Positions 24,495-38,719 of a DNA stretch of 64,000 nt are shown in pieces. The translations under genes were made by a program, and so were the position numbers. Each line of letters opens with the position of its first letter. Positions within the stretch are counted from its first letter, which is position 1. The notes beneath the pieces were generated by a model. That model searched no databases. It saw only the letters and a program-made list of their open reading frames with translations, and was not told the DNA's origin. Source of the stretch: Lingula anatina (taxonomy: Eukaryota; Animalia; Brachiopoda); the NCBI GenBank assembly GCA_051362555.1, contig CM120643.1:1240001-1304000 (forward strand), read 5' to 3'.

Positions 24495-24671
24495 ATTAGC
24501 AGTTATGTCTTCATGCTTGATACCAGGTAATGTAGCTGTTGAAATAAACTTTCCATGCGTTCAACATCCACCTCTGTGCCTTCTCTGTCAGGGTGATAGT
24601 TTTTGGCAAAGCTGACTTTGTTGATGATCACAGCCCCCCCCCCCCCTCCACTCTGTGTAGTATTGGTACGC
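24495..24671 (-). pseudogene. Caspase large-subunit (p20) N-terminal pseudo-exon
   Basis: The minus strand translates as AYQYYTEWRG/(poly-G slip)/AVIINKVSFAKNYHPDREGTEVDVERMESLFQQLHYLV/(slip)/KHEDITA. This matches the caspase pattern RG-x-A-h-IINN-x-x-F...R-x-GT-x-x-D...F-x-x-L-x-Y/F-x-V...D-L-T. Two frameshifts. Confidence 0.75.
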
Positions 24672-27600
24672 CAGGAATATTAAGGTTGGTCGGGAGGGAG
24701 ATGGCGCACGAGGAAATGTGTCATCTCCATCTCTGTCCATGTTGCCAGGTGTGGTTGCCTAGATGACTATTTTACATAAAAGACACGTGGAAATCTGTTT
24801 TGAACAATCTAAGCCATTTTAACATATTATATTTGAAACAAAGGCTATGATTGTACTTGACAGGTTAAAGACGATAATTTGACAAATGATATGCTTAATA
24901 GTCATCTTTAATAGGATATCTGACTTGAAAGAAATTATCATTTAAGGATAAACATTTACGACAGCTGATCTTCTAAGTAAATGAATCGGAATAAAAAGTT
25001 TGTTTTATTTAAAACGCGTTTGGAAAGAAAGCTAGGAAAAGTGTGGAAAGTACAATATAGGGTTTACGGGGTGTCTAGCTGATAATTTCCCCAAATGCTC
25101 AATACATTCACGTATGTGTGAATTCAAATAGCTGTCCGTTTCTATTAAAATTCATTATCTTAAAAAATATGATATTTATTCTAGTCATGAATTTACTCAA
25201 TCTATTGTAACATTCGACTTCACTACACCACATTGACTGCTTACCTGTGTTATAAGTTTTATTTTACGAAGATGAAAATTACGGGTGAATAAATAAAATC
25301 TCAGTTTGAAAAAGAGTAATTTTATAATAGCGCGTTATTTTCTTTATATCGGAATTTTAAACCATAGATAACAACATACATCTGTAGTAAAGAAGTTAAA
25401 TTGACAAGATGTGCAACAAACATATGGTGATTGCTTCATTATATTTTGTATAATATAGGTACATATATAATATGTCATACCATATCAATTCAAATTTGTC
25501 GACATCATATTAAACTAAAAGTACTTTGTAAAACAGGGGTACATTTATATTAACCATTACATATTATCATATATAAACATAACTCCATTGATTACATCAT
25601 TTTGTTCTCAAAATTCTGTCGAAAACAACATAACATCAATTTTGTATACAGATAAAATATGATTTTACAAACATGTACATCATAGGATTGTAGATATAAT
25701 GTCATGTATTTATATACATGTTATTCAATTCATAGGGGTTTGAATGAGTTATGCTGTTACTAGATATATAATCGCATTCTCCCCTTTTTTAACTACATGT
25801 TATGAAAACAAGACAGGCTAAACATATCAGCATTTGGGGCCATATTGGACACAAATGATATCAGCTGTTAAATAATACTGTATCTGGTGTATATATTACA
25901 ACAGCTAAACTTGAAAAAAAAAACTGTGTTTAAGTCAACAAATATGGAAAAGTAACTAAAATCTACTTGCAGCGGATAAAATATTAATTGATATAAAAGG
26001 ATAACAACAGTTCATTTTGGCAAAAAAAGCTGGTGTTAACAGCAATTGTACCATACTTACTAATAGTTAATGAATCCATTTCTAAAACTTAGTCCGTTTT
26101 TTTGTCTAAAGATTTTGTTTTTCTTATAATATCTCTGAAGAGATCTCTCAAGAAATTATTACACAGTCGCCGTAAATTTCAATCCAACTTGCCCATAAAA
26201 TTGTTAATAACAAAAAATGCCATGTTTTGAAGAAACATTTTGATTTTCAGATGCATATTATCCTTGTTGCTATGTTACCTAATAATTATTTGTCTTCAAG
26301 GTCAACAGAAATGTGTCTCAGATGAAAACTCAAGACGGCTGTCGACAGGTTTCAAACATAACAAGGTGCACGCTAACGAAGTGTTATATTGAGTAATAAC
26401 GACTACAGTCTGGAGCTTTCGAACATTTATTCACCGACTCTTTCTTCATACAACTTCACGAATATATATACTCAATTTCTCTTCACTGATCACGCATTTA
26501 CTTGTTTTCTTTTCCATTGTCTTCGCGTGATTACAAGGAATTTTCCATTCTCATGTTGTGAGTCACCGTGCAACATTTCCTTATTAGGTAATCCCTAAGA
26601 TACTTGTTTTCAATTAAAGATATCTAAAATATTATTTGAATTACTCATGCTTGGACCTTATCCAAAACTCAGTTATCATGTGATAAATAGATGATCAAAA
26701 TTAAAATATGTTATGAAATTAACCAATCAAATTAACTGTTACTGACTTTGACCTTTTCCATCTTTTTCTGACACTAAAAACATGTTCTACACTTGTTGAC
26801 TATTGATGAGACTTAATTTACACTCAATAGCTCCCTATCCTTTTACTCGTTTGATTCCGTTTTAATTGTTATCTGCAATTAGTGAAAGTGTAAGTAATTT
26901 GCTTTACAACGTACACCCCTTTTTCAAAAGAATTCGTCCTGGAATTCTAAAACTTTACAACATACGCTCCTTTTCATTTTTTTTAAAGCACAGCAAATAG
27001 AAAATCATATAAAATACGTACATTTTCAAAAAGCTTAAATGACAAGGTAACAGTTCTCTCATCAATTCAAATGTTATAACTTAATCAACTCACACATAAA
27101 ATTAGAAACACAGTCGACATGAAACCTAAAATATAGCTGGAAGGAAAATAAAGTAATAACGTTTTAGGAAAATACAATTGTTCGGGGATATATTCCGTAA
27201 TGTCAGTCACACTATTCAATCTGTGGCACAAGAGTACAGGTACTTTTTTTATTTTTCCCTGTGGATATCTTAAACTGTTACTCTCTTATTATGGCTTTGA
27301 CACATTGTATTATACAGTTTTCTCTTTCTGTTGACATTAAAGACATATTAGGAATGCACTACATGAGACAATAGGGTCGGCCCTCCCCTGTCCAATGAAC
27401 AGCAATCACTACAACGTTGCGACCAGCACATCGTTCATGATGAAGTACCTGTTCATCTTCATATTTGTCCATACTGTAGCTCTCCTCTGTGATGACTATA
27501 AGAGAAACGCTTTGTTTATATCAAATTCAATCCACGAATTCACTAAAATTATACTGATAAATAAGTCCCCAAAATTTGAGAATCTTCCTTAATGCATATC

Positions 27601-29823
27601 ATCAGTTTCATGTCTTCGTCATTACAATAAAAATTAAAGGGATAAAAACTCTTCGCATGAGGTCTATATTTCACAATAAAAACATTGTGAATAACTCATA
27701 GAAATATAACATATTCTGTTTACGATAAAAACAGCAGTTATAGATATTATTTTTATATCTGAGCTTGTCTTCAGACCACGTGACCTCCATTGATGGCTAT
27801 ACTCTGTTATAACCTCTAAAGAGATTTTAACAAAAAAAAACAAACTTTTTAGAAAAAAACAGGGACTAACTTTGAATGTAAAAATGGATTCATAAACCAT
27901 TGGTAAGTATGGGAAAATTGTTGTTTACTCCAGGAAAATTCATTTTTTGGCCAAAACGAAGAGTTATTATCCCTTTAAATACTAAGTGGATAAATATATA
28001 ACAATAAACATTTGGTTAAATATCTATAACTAATAATAATGATCATGGTTAACACACAATAAAATGTTCATTATTATATATCATAGTGCATAGTGATTTT
28101 TAAAAAAACCATAATATTTATCAAAACTTACAAATGTTATGTTAATTCCGTGCATCTCACACACTCTCAATAATAATGATACCTAGATCAGTGTCTGAAA
28201 TCATTGAAGTAACAATAAGGAAGAATGAATCATAAAGTCATTCAAATGTTGTGATAGTACACACACTTTTTATACCAAAAGTTCGCTTGCAAAGATCAAC
28301 ACATTATGTTAACTATAGACACATGTAGAAAGTTGTTTTTCTTGTACTTCTGGTCAGGCTTCTACGTAAAAGATGGAGAAACTAAGAAGTTTCCTGAGTG
28401 AATGCAATGGATATGTATACAATCCTATCAGACAAGTTACCCTCTTTCGCCAATTTGTCTTTTCATATTAGACCCCGGGGTAAGTCCCCCCCCCCTCCTC
28501 CATCAAGTCTCTTTAATGAAGTTACTTTAAGATGCTATATCATTTCATTTGGACTCACTGCCGACGCTTTCTTAGCACTATTGGATGCGGTCACTTTACA
28601 AAATGTGATCAATTATTTTACCCCATAGTTACTTTGTCATAGGGGGCCAACTTAATTACCCCGGGGTCTAACTAGCCCCGGTCTCCCTTACGCCAGACAA
28701 ATCTAGATGATTAAATGCATGTTCATTTATTTCTACCTATTGTGTCAGTATACATGTGAGAATACCATTCATTATATTGGTTTTAGATATGTACCTGTGT
28801 ACTGTCACTATTTCTCTTTTTATGATAATTCCTTGTCAAGTATATTACATTTATACATGATATTGTATATTTACAAACTATGAAAAACGGCAAATTACTC
28901 TATAAACCAACATAGGAAACGCCTTGTCTTTTGATCTGATTATTGATTTTCAATCACCAAAATTTCTAAATATAAGTTGTCTTATCCAGGTAAAGAGACT
29001 AATAATGCCATTTTTTACAATATCACTAGTACATATTACTGAATTATAATATTTGTACAAACTTAGTCTTTATTACAAGTAGACGTGATAGCTGCATAGC
29101 TGATTTTGATTTTCTGTAGCAGTTAAGCTGTATCCTATGATCGCTCCATTCATTAAATAATTAATCAAAATCTTAGCTGTGAACACGTGTTATTTAATAT
29201 CTCCATCATTACTGTGGTGTTCTAGCAAGTTTAAAACTTGTAATATCATTTGTACATTATGTGTATCACCTAAGTCAACACAATGTCTTGATATTAATGG
29301 ATCATGTCAACTAAATGAGAAGTCGAATAATCAAAATAAATAAAGTTAACATATCTTTATCACTTACGGATCTAACTTCAGTTTTAATGCGAGATGGCCA
29401 TTGCTATTTGATAATTATTTCTAAAGCTGAATAAATTGCATTTGAAACAGTCCACCAAAGTTAGCCCCGTAGAGCTGATAACACGTAGCTGCTGTGAGAT
29501 ATGCTTCCTTTCTCCTGAAATCACATACTGTGGTTAAGTATAAAATAAAAAGGAATCAATAGAATAAAAATTGTCTAAATTAGCTAGCCACATTTTGGTC
29601 GTCCATTATTAAGCATAATAATTTAAATTAAACAACTACTTTATTGGGCCATTTTCACGTTTTTAATTTTAAACAAAAGTTCAATGTTACCGAAATTGGC
29701 ACAGTCTTCCTAAATCAAGTTATTCCGTCAGTGAACATGTGAGTATGAAGAGGTATATCACAAAAAGGCATGTTTACCATAAATACACACCTATATCGAA
29801 GACGTTCAGGATGAAACCATTCA

Positions 29824-30332
29824 CTATTGTTCATTCTCAGTCTCCTCGCCATTGTTATAAATGGACATAACATGGATTCCGTTTCCTTCCACAGTAGTAC
29901 ACGTGATGGCAGCTATCTTCCCGTCGTCTGCTACTTTGATTTGTGAAAACATATCCGCCAGTTTCAGTCCGCTATCACAGTCCTGAAGTTCTTGAGTATC
30001 GGCCGTGTGCTGACTGCCTCCTGCAGCTGGCGAGTGCCATTTTGTCAGTTTTGTCGGACCTTCAGGTATTATTTGACCGTCTTCTTTAACAGCTTGATGG
30101 ACCGTCCAGAAGTCTTCACCAACCCACGCTCCACCAAGTATAGCCTCTCCTTCCTCATGCTTCAGATACCGGTTATCATGGATGCCCTGTGGGTCAATCA
30201 GGATCAAGCAATGGCGGCGGTCTGCCTCCATAACGGCGCTCACAGCTAACAACTTGGAATCCTTGCTGAACTCCAGCACACAGTGACGGGTAGGGAAGTC
30301 GTCTGTTGATTTTAAACCGGTCACACACGCCC
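29824..30332 (-). CDS. Probable terminal exon of a beta-propeller/WD40-like protein (gene fragment)
   Basis: 166-codon open frame with protein-like composition and blade-like segments (LEFSKDSKLLAVSA; IKVADDGKIAAITC). On the minus strand it is preceded by ctaat-T-rich-AG. No complete upstream gene structure could be established. Confidence 0.5.
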
Positions 30333-31177
30333 CTTTTTATAGATTAAAAAAAATTAGCAGCCCTTCGAAATATGAAATAAATTAGGTTGTAAAAGGAAAC
30401 ATTTATATGAAAAGCCTTTTACCTGTGGACAAAAATAGTGAGATATTAATCTGAAAATATCACTCATACAATAAAACAATAAGAATAGCTGTTCTCTATT
30501 AATTACCCGTAATAATAGCACAACCGGCTGCTTTGGGACAGCGTAGTCCGTGCGCGTTTGGTCTTGTCCGGTATTTTCCGTTTATTGGTGCTTCTCCTTA
30601 CCCACATGTATAATAACATTGACTTATGATTATAAAACTAGGGTTCATAACAGTTAAGTTTCTGTGACCTAATGCCATCATTACACGCAGGTTGTTTATG
30701 AAATTGATAAGGTACGTGTGACACTCATCGATTGTAGAAGGATATATTGATGCATCTTTGAAGATCTACTTAACAGTTGTAAAATAGAATGCGATGTTTC
30801 GGTCCCTGGGCCTTCTTCGAGGGTTATGAACAAAGAGTGAAAAAACAAACTCCTGAGATACGTGACGTCGGTGATGTGTTGAAGACATGCGATGTCCCAA
30901 AAGTGTGCTTAACGTAAATAATGTCAAAATTCCGTAACAAAGAAAAAACAATACTCATTTAAGAAACTATTGTCCCTATTGAGTCCATTATTCAAGGTGT
31001 ATAGTGTTCTGATAAATTTTTGTTCTGCCATCCGTCTTTGCCTAGTGTCGTTTAAGTTTCCTTTCGCATTTCACTTTTTGTTCGTAATTCCCGAAGAAGG
31101 CCCAGGGGCCGAAAACTCGGATTGTGTTAAGTAGATCTTCAAAGATGCACCAATATGTTTACTTCTATTTTCCTTAA

Positions 31178-31551
31178 AGGTACATATGAACCGAGCATCG
31201 GTGGAGTGTGGATTCCGAGTAACACATGTAAACCACTTCTACTAGATTCTTATATGACTCAAATAAATTTGACATGCCAAGGGATAAACTGAATAAATCA
31301 CTCGATCAGCCATAAAAGACCTTTAGACTGCTCCTTTCTTTTAATTTATGGTTGTAAATTTAACCTACTTCCGTGACCTACTTTCCCGCCCCATTGACAT
31401 ACATAGAATGCCAGCAGTAAAATCTGTTCAAACATAATTTTCGGGTAAAATTAAACAATGCCATTTGGTAATTCTCTTAGTTATACTACTTGAAACTATA
31501 TGCTGGCATTTGGTTGGTTTTTGTGACAAAAAATTGACTTTGTATGCATCT
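31178..31551. mobile_element. Second copy (inverted) of the TTAA-TSD Kolobok-like non-autonomous element
   Basis: ttaa|AGGTACATA ... TATGCATCT|ttaa; reverse complement of 3127-3491. Confidence 0.7.
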
Positions 31552-33039
31552 TTAACATATATACGGTGAATTAACATGAACTCTCAACGATTGTATCGTT
31601 ATTATTGCATTTCTCAGTTTGGTGTTGTTTCCCATCTGGCTCTCTTTTCGAATAAGATAATAATATAATAGTTCCGTGATTTGGAGTTGTAGTGCGACTG
31701 AAATTCTTATTTCAATTTTTCTAGACCCTGCAAAACCTATCGTAAAATTGAAATATTTGAAAACAACAGCTGAAAATCTAAAATATCATTTAATTACTTT
31801 GAAATGTGATGATAAATGTTCATAAATAAAGACGGATAAACGATATTCAATATACTGCAAACTTCTTAATTAACTTAGGGTAGCCAGTTTTGCGGGGATC
31901 ATTTTTATTTGAAAAAAAATATATATTTTTTGTCATCCTGTCATAAAATAAAGGTGTTGAGTAAATGTGTGTAACAGAAATAAGGTGACAATGAGCTTGA
32001 CACGTGCCACTTTGAACAAGGAGAGGATAAGAATGTGTGCGTACATCACAACACAATTTCTTTTAAATTTACAAGAAACACATGAAATATGAATTTTCCA
32101 AATTTTCTAATTTGGTGTACATTGGGCTTGTAACAATATTTTTTTTTCATAGTTGGCAAGATGATAAAGGATATATTCACCAAAAAATGTATTGGAACGG
32201 AAGAGAAGACAAGATTACGGATCATTGCGAATTCCACAGCTATCACCGACAACCTAAAAACGTGGCGTATCAGTAACAACATTACAAAGCCCCATAACTA
32301 TTTAACTAGCTATAAGGTACAAGGGGATTGTCTATACTAAATACTCTCATATTAAAACAACATGTGTAAGAAAGTTAGCAAACCAAAAAATGTACGAGTA
32401 CATTGTACCTTTATGACGTGAGAGTGTGCGTTGTGATTTCACCAATGCTGGTATGCATTTGTGTTGTTTTCTAAAGTCCCGCGTGGAAAAGAGTTAGAAC
32501 AAACATTTTTTAATATACCAGTACACGGCGGTAGCTACCATTAAATGAATAGAAAAGAAAATATAGAAAAACACGACCCCTTCTTCGAACTGGGTCTGTA
32601 TAAAAACTTGTTTTTTTATTTAAAGGCTGTTTGTATTACGCGCTCCGCTAAGCACAAAGCATGCGTACTTCTTTGTGTTTTGCGCGATACAATGAAATAG
32701 ATCAATGTCTGATTTTATCGCGAGACTCACGTCCAATGTGGTTATTTATAACTTAGCGTTTTTTCCGGAGCTGTTTCGATAAATTGCGCAGTTAACTAGC
32801 AACACCAAGTTACCTGAGGTTTTAGATATCGGAGCTGTACCGACAAATTGCACAAGGAGACATTTCGGTAAGTTCATCAAGAGCGGCTAAACATTAATTT
32901 GTCCATCAACTTAATTACAGACACGGTTCCTTTAGCACCGTGCGATGCCCAAATGTTTAAGAAGAGGCATGTAACCGTAACCAGGGCCACATATTGCTTT
33001 TCACTAGATATCCACAGGTATGCTGATTCTAGTAAGCCT

Positions 33040-35145
33040 ATATATATATCATAGTATATATGTAAATACCCAGTGAATACCAGCCATTGGTCCCAGTAGA
33101 GGATAGATAGATATCATAGTATATATGTGAATACCTAGTGAATACCAGCCATTGGTCCCAGTAGAGGATAGATAGATATCATAGTATATATGTGAATACC
33201 TAGTGAATACCAACCATTGATCCCAGTAGAGGATAGATAGATATCATAGTATATATGTGAATACCAACCATTGGTCCCAGTAGAGGATAGATAGATATCA
33301 TAGTATATATGTGAATACCTAGTGAATACCAACCATTGGTCCCAGTAGAGGATAGATATACATCATAATATATCTTTGAATACCTAGTGAATACCAGCCA
33401 TTGGTCCCAGTAGAGGATAGATAGATATCATAGTATATATGTGAATACCTAGTGAATACCAACCATTGGTCCCAGTAGAGGATAGATAGATATCATAGTA
33501 TATATGTGAATACCAACCATTGGTCCCAGTAGAGGATAGATAGATATCATAGTATATATGTGAATACCTAGTGAATACCAACCATTGGTCCCAGTAGAGG
33601 ATAGATAGATATCATAGTATATATGTGAATACCAACCATTGGTCCCAGTAGAGGATAGATAGATATCATAGTATATATGTGAATACCTAGTGAATACCAA
33701 CCATTGGTCCCAGTAGAGGATAGATAGATATCATAGTATATATGTGAATACCAACCATTGGTCCCAGTAGAGGATAGATAGATATCATAGTATATATGTG
33801 AATACCTAGTGAATACCAACCATTGGTCCCAGTAGAGGATAGATAGATATCATAGTATATATGTGAATACCAACCATTGGTCCCAGTAGAGGATAGATAG
33901 ATATCATAGTATATATGTGAATACCAACCATTGGTCCCAGTAGAGGATAGATAGATATCATAGTATATATGTGAATACCAACCATTGGTCCCAGTAGAGG
34001 ATAGATAGATATCATAGTATATATGTGAATACCAACCATTGATCCCAGTAGAGGATAGATAGATATCATAGTATATATGTGAATACCAACCATTGATCCC
34101 AGTAGAGGATAGATAGATATCATAGTATATATGTGAATACCAACCATTGATCCCAGTAGAGGATAGATAGATATCATAGTATATATGTGAATACCAACCA
34201 TTGGTCCCAGTAGAGGATAGATATACATCATAGTATATATGTGAATACCAACCATTGATCCCAGAAGAGGATAGATAGATATCATAGTATATATGTAAAT
34301 ACCTAGTGAATATCAACCATTGGTCCCAGTAGAGGATAGATAGATATCATAGTATATATGTGAATACCAACCATTGATCAAAGTAGAGGATAGGTAGATA
34401 TCATAGTATATATGTGAATACCAACCATTGATCCCAGTAGAGGATAGATAGATATCATAGTATATATGTAAATACCTAGTGAATATCAACCATTGGTCCC
34501 AGTAGAGGATAGATAGATATCATAGTATATATGTAAATACCTAGTGAATATCAACCATTGGTCCCAGTAGAGGATAGATAGATATCATAGTATATATGTG
34601 AATACCAACCATTGATCCCAGTAGAGGATAGATAGATATCATAGTATATATGTGAATACCAACCATTGGTCCCAGTAGAGGATAGATAGATATCATAGTA
34701 TATATGTAAATACCTAGTGAATATCAACCATTGGTCCCAGTAGAGGATAGATAGATATCATAGTATATATGTGAATACCAACCATTGATCCCAGTAGAGG
34801 ATAGATAGATATCATAGTATATATGTGAATACCAACCATTGGTCCCAGTAGAGGATAGATAGATATCATAGTATATATGTGAATACCAACCATTGGTCCC
34901 AGTAGAGGATAGATAGATATCATAGTATATATGTAAATACCTAGTGAATACCAGCCATTGGTCCCAGTAGAGGATAGATAGATATCATAGTATATATGTG
35001 AATACCAACCATTGGTCCCAGTAGAGGATAGATAGATATCATAGTATATATGTGAATACCAGCCATTGGTCCCAGTAGAGGATAGATAGATATCATAGTA
35101 TATATGTAAATACCTAGTGAATACCAACCATTGGTCACGGTAGAA
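33040..35145. repeat. Minisatellite, about 35 units of 54 bp with interspersed 65-bp variants
   Basis: Unit gtgaataccaaccattggtcccagtagaggatagatagatatcatagtatatat; the variant adds the 11-nt ctagtgaatac. No unique spacers. Confidence 0.95.
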
Positions 35146-38100
35146 GGTATACTGTGGATGGGTGGATGATGGCCCTCTTTTAGAAATACATGGAGTGTAC
35201 AGAACAAATTGAAAAGTAGAAAAAGTAGAAAAATAACCTCTTGCTTACTGGTAGATACCTGTAGATATCATCAATGTTCAGTTTAAATAGTACATGTACG
35301 GTATTTACCTGTGTACTACGAAGCGTTCTGGTATATTCATTTTCACTACTTTTGGAGACTATAGTTTATAAGACGATGCAAAATGATACTAGTGTCCTGC
35401 AGCTGGTTGAAATAGAAATTTATAGTCCGGAAAAAAGACACCCGGGAAAGTACACAGCAGGTTAAGATAAACCAGTGTGACAAGAATGACTAGGAAAGGA
35501 GACATTTGGTAATTTAATACTAAATTTGGGCTTAATACCATAATTAACCTATGTACCAGTGTTTTATCTTGTTTTCCCGGTAAAGTACAATTTTCGTGTT
35601 ACCAGTCCTCTGCTGGAAGCAAGTAATGACAAATAATATAAAATCAAGTAATATCAACAGGCAAATTATTATGTCAATCCAAATTAATTTAATGGTATAC
35701 CTTTAACAAGTTCATTTGTATAACCTCACCCTCTGTCAGACATGTGAAATGTAAAAGTACATGTGCAGACCCGTAGCCAGCAATTTCAAAAGGGGGGTTC
35801 TTTTTCTGAAAAAGTGGACCTTTTTCTATAAAAACTTCATGTACCTAGACCAAATTTTACCCAGAGTGGACCTTTTCACAGCAAAAAGGGCGGTTCTTTC
35901 GAGCCCCCCCCCCCTCCCCGGCTGTGTAATGTTACAGTGCTGATCTGGCCAACAAACGTCTAGGGTGCCTTCACAATTTAACTTTCGTACTATGTGATTC
36001 GTGTTAACTCCGTGGGGATTTTATGAGTGAATGCAATCATTTTAACGTGTTCTTACTACTTCATTGTGCACGCACCATTAGAAGTGTTGATCAAACGACA
36101 TTTTTTTAACTATAATTATGCCATAATATCCATCCGTCTTCTCAACGTTCAAAACACTTGGTGAATTCTATGTCGACGGAGCTTAAATAACAGGAAGTTT
36201 GATTCCCTCCTCTCCCCCTCCCCGAAAAAATATTTTGAAAATGAACCTCAGGGGGAATTGCAGTACTTAATTCTATTCTCTTGAACCAAGTTCACATTCA
36301 CTCATTCACTCTTTCAGTCACTGATGTGTGCGGTGTAGACGTACTAGAAGATATCTGTATATTGATTTGTTTAGCCGTGACCTGATTTAGTGGTTATTTG
36401 CTTTTCACTCCGTTTGCACAGGTATCGACAATGGATGTTGTTAAAAAATCGATTACCTATTTCCACTGTTGTTCACAACACACAGTTCACGAGTTCAATT
36501 ACCAAATTTTTTTTGTGATCGGCATTTTTCTTCACTTCTGCTATGATAGTCCGGGCTGCGTCGTAGAAGGTCACATTGTGTACATAGATAAACGATCCTA
36601 AGTCAATAGATTTTGTGAATATTTGAACTTAGAAAATGCATGGGTGCTCTCGTCATAGGTCACTCTTGTGTTTATAGGCTCTGCTCGTACCCTGACCAAG
36701 GATCGAAATACCCTCCACCCTCTTTGGTTTAGGTAAGATGTGTGCACTCTTTGTTTGGAAATTTGTAGATTTTTCAGACGAAAACATTACGCGCATGTCA
36801 TTACTCAACATTATTCAATGTTAACAACTAAACTACTTCACTTCTTTAAGCAGAGGACCCTTAAAGAAGTGTGACCGTCATCGGCCAAATTTCGAACATC
36901 ATACTTGTGTTTATCCTATTCTTTTAATGGTGCGTCATGTTGTTAAAGTTGGTTTAGATTTGGGAAATATGAATCTCTTATGATGTCATTTTCATCGGGG
37001 AATTTTCTGATTTCAAAAGACAGCAGTTGATTCTTGCACTAAAGAGAAATGTACTGATACTAATAAGGAAAAAAACTTTTTTTACTAAGGAACAAACAGA
37101 AAAAAGACTGTTTGGATTTGAGTCGGAAAATGCTTCTTCTTGCACTGAAAAAATACATCTAAATATTAAGTTGATATTTCATTTGAGTAAGGAAAAAAAA
37201 CACGTATTTTCAAAGATAAAGAGATAAATGCTACAATATTTAGCTTTAAACAAAGAACAAAGTCAGAAAAATATTGCAACTTTTTACAATAAAATGGCAA
37301 GTCTAAAACTGACCATAAATAAGTAATATGATTTTATTGATACAGTGAGCTGAAATCTTCAAAGGTAGATTCACAAGTAGCGAGAAGATTAATCAGATTT
37401 GATATGAGAAATTGCCTTTCTCTCCCATTTCACCAAATGTTGCAATGATTCCTCGCTCCAGCGTCATTATATATTATACTCCTGGTGACTGATACACGTC
37501 AGTATCTTACATTGTACATGTACATCTTATATACAGATATAGATGTGCCCCTCAATTCAGGAAAATAATAATTTAACAAAACCGAGACCAGATCTCACAA
37601 ATAACTGATCGTGATGACTTCAGCTTAAGAGCGGGGGTTTTGTTACCATTTATCCGACAGGTACAGGGAAGATCAGTAAATGTTGTTGTCCGCTCAAAAT
37701 ACACTGAACAAATAAAAAGCGCCTCATGTGAATTATAAATAACAGATGGATGTTAGATGTACATGTGTAATGTGTAGCTATGGACAGTGTGGTCAGTAAT
37801 CTTTAATACATTGGACAACAAAATTATCTTTGTATGATTAAATCTATTCACATATTACATACATGTAATTCCCGAAAAAATCAAATTATCAAATAGAGCT
37901 ATTTGATTTGTGCTCAAAATTAGTTATATTAATTACATTATTTTTATCCTGAAGTAACCATAAAATTTGGTCCAGAAAGTTAAGGGCAAAATTGAACGTC
38001 TCTTTGAGAAACTGACCTTAGCGGGTGTTTTGTCTTGTTAACATAAAACGCACTACTGACACAATTAGTCACACACTGAGCGGTCGATTGATCTATACAC

Positions 38101-38719
38101 CAAATGAAAAAGATCATTATTTTATTTTGTTTGGGTTGTCGTATCTTAAGCCTCGGTCCCAACCGAACGGACGTCTAGGTCTGGTCTACGGACCAGCCAA
38201 ACGAGAGGAACTTAAAAAAAACCTACGTCCTGAAAATCGTGCATTAAGCTAGGACCCAGGCTTTAATAACTTGCACGCAGCAAGTCCTTAACAAGCCAAT
38301 GTTATTACAGTGCTAAAATTCTTAATTTCTAAAATTGGAATTTTTATTTCAAATGAAACTTTTTAGTCATTCACCTTTCGGCTGTTATATGTTTTGAAAT
38401 ATACAGACTTGACATTTAATATGGAATATTTTTTTCGAAATGATTTTTTATCAGTTTTTTCCTATTTGGCTTACAGATAAATGAAAATAAGGATTAAAAT
38501 CGTGTTTTAATAACTTTAAATTATCTCTTTTTCATGGTGTCATTGTGACATCAGTTCATTAATGGAATTCGCCAGAGAAGCAAACAAAAACACATTGCCT
38601 ATTCTGTCATACGACTCCCATTAAAAGAGATATTTTGAATCTCCATATTTTCAAAATTATCGTCTGTAAAAGGGTAATACGCTCCACAAAAGACCCTCAT
38701 GTCAGTTGCTAGTCACAGT

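Larger units (their letters stand above)
26689..35500 (+). repeat. Duplicated intergenic block, copy 2 (longer: retains the exon, extra insertions, expanded minisatellite)
   Basis: Collinear with 10962-16480. Confidence 0.9.

Noticed and set aside
33040-35145. Regular repeat array as a possible CRISPR, and its ORFs (GTNGWYSHIYYDIYLSST repeats) as proteins
   Set aside because: Units are contiguous with no unique spacers and no cas genes, in a eukaryotic context. The ORFs arise because the 54-bp unit is a multiple of 3.
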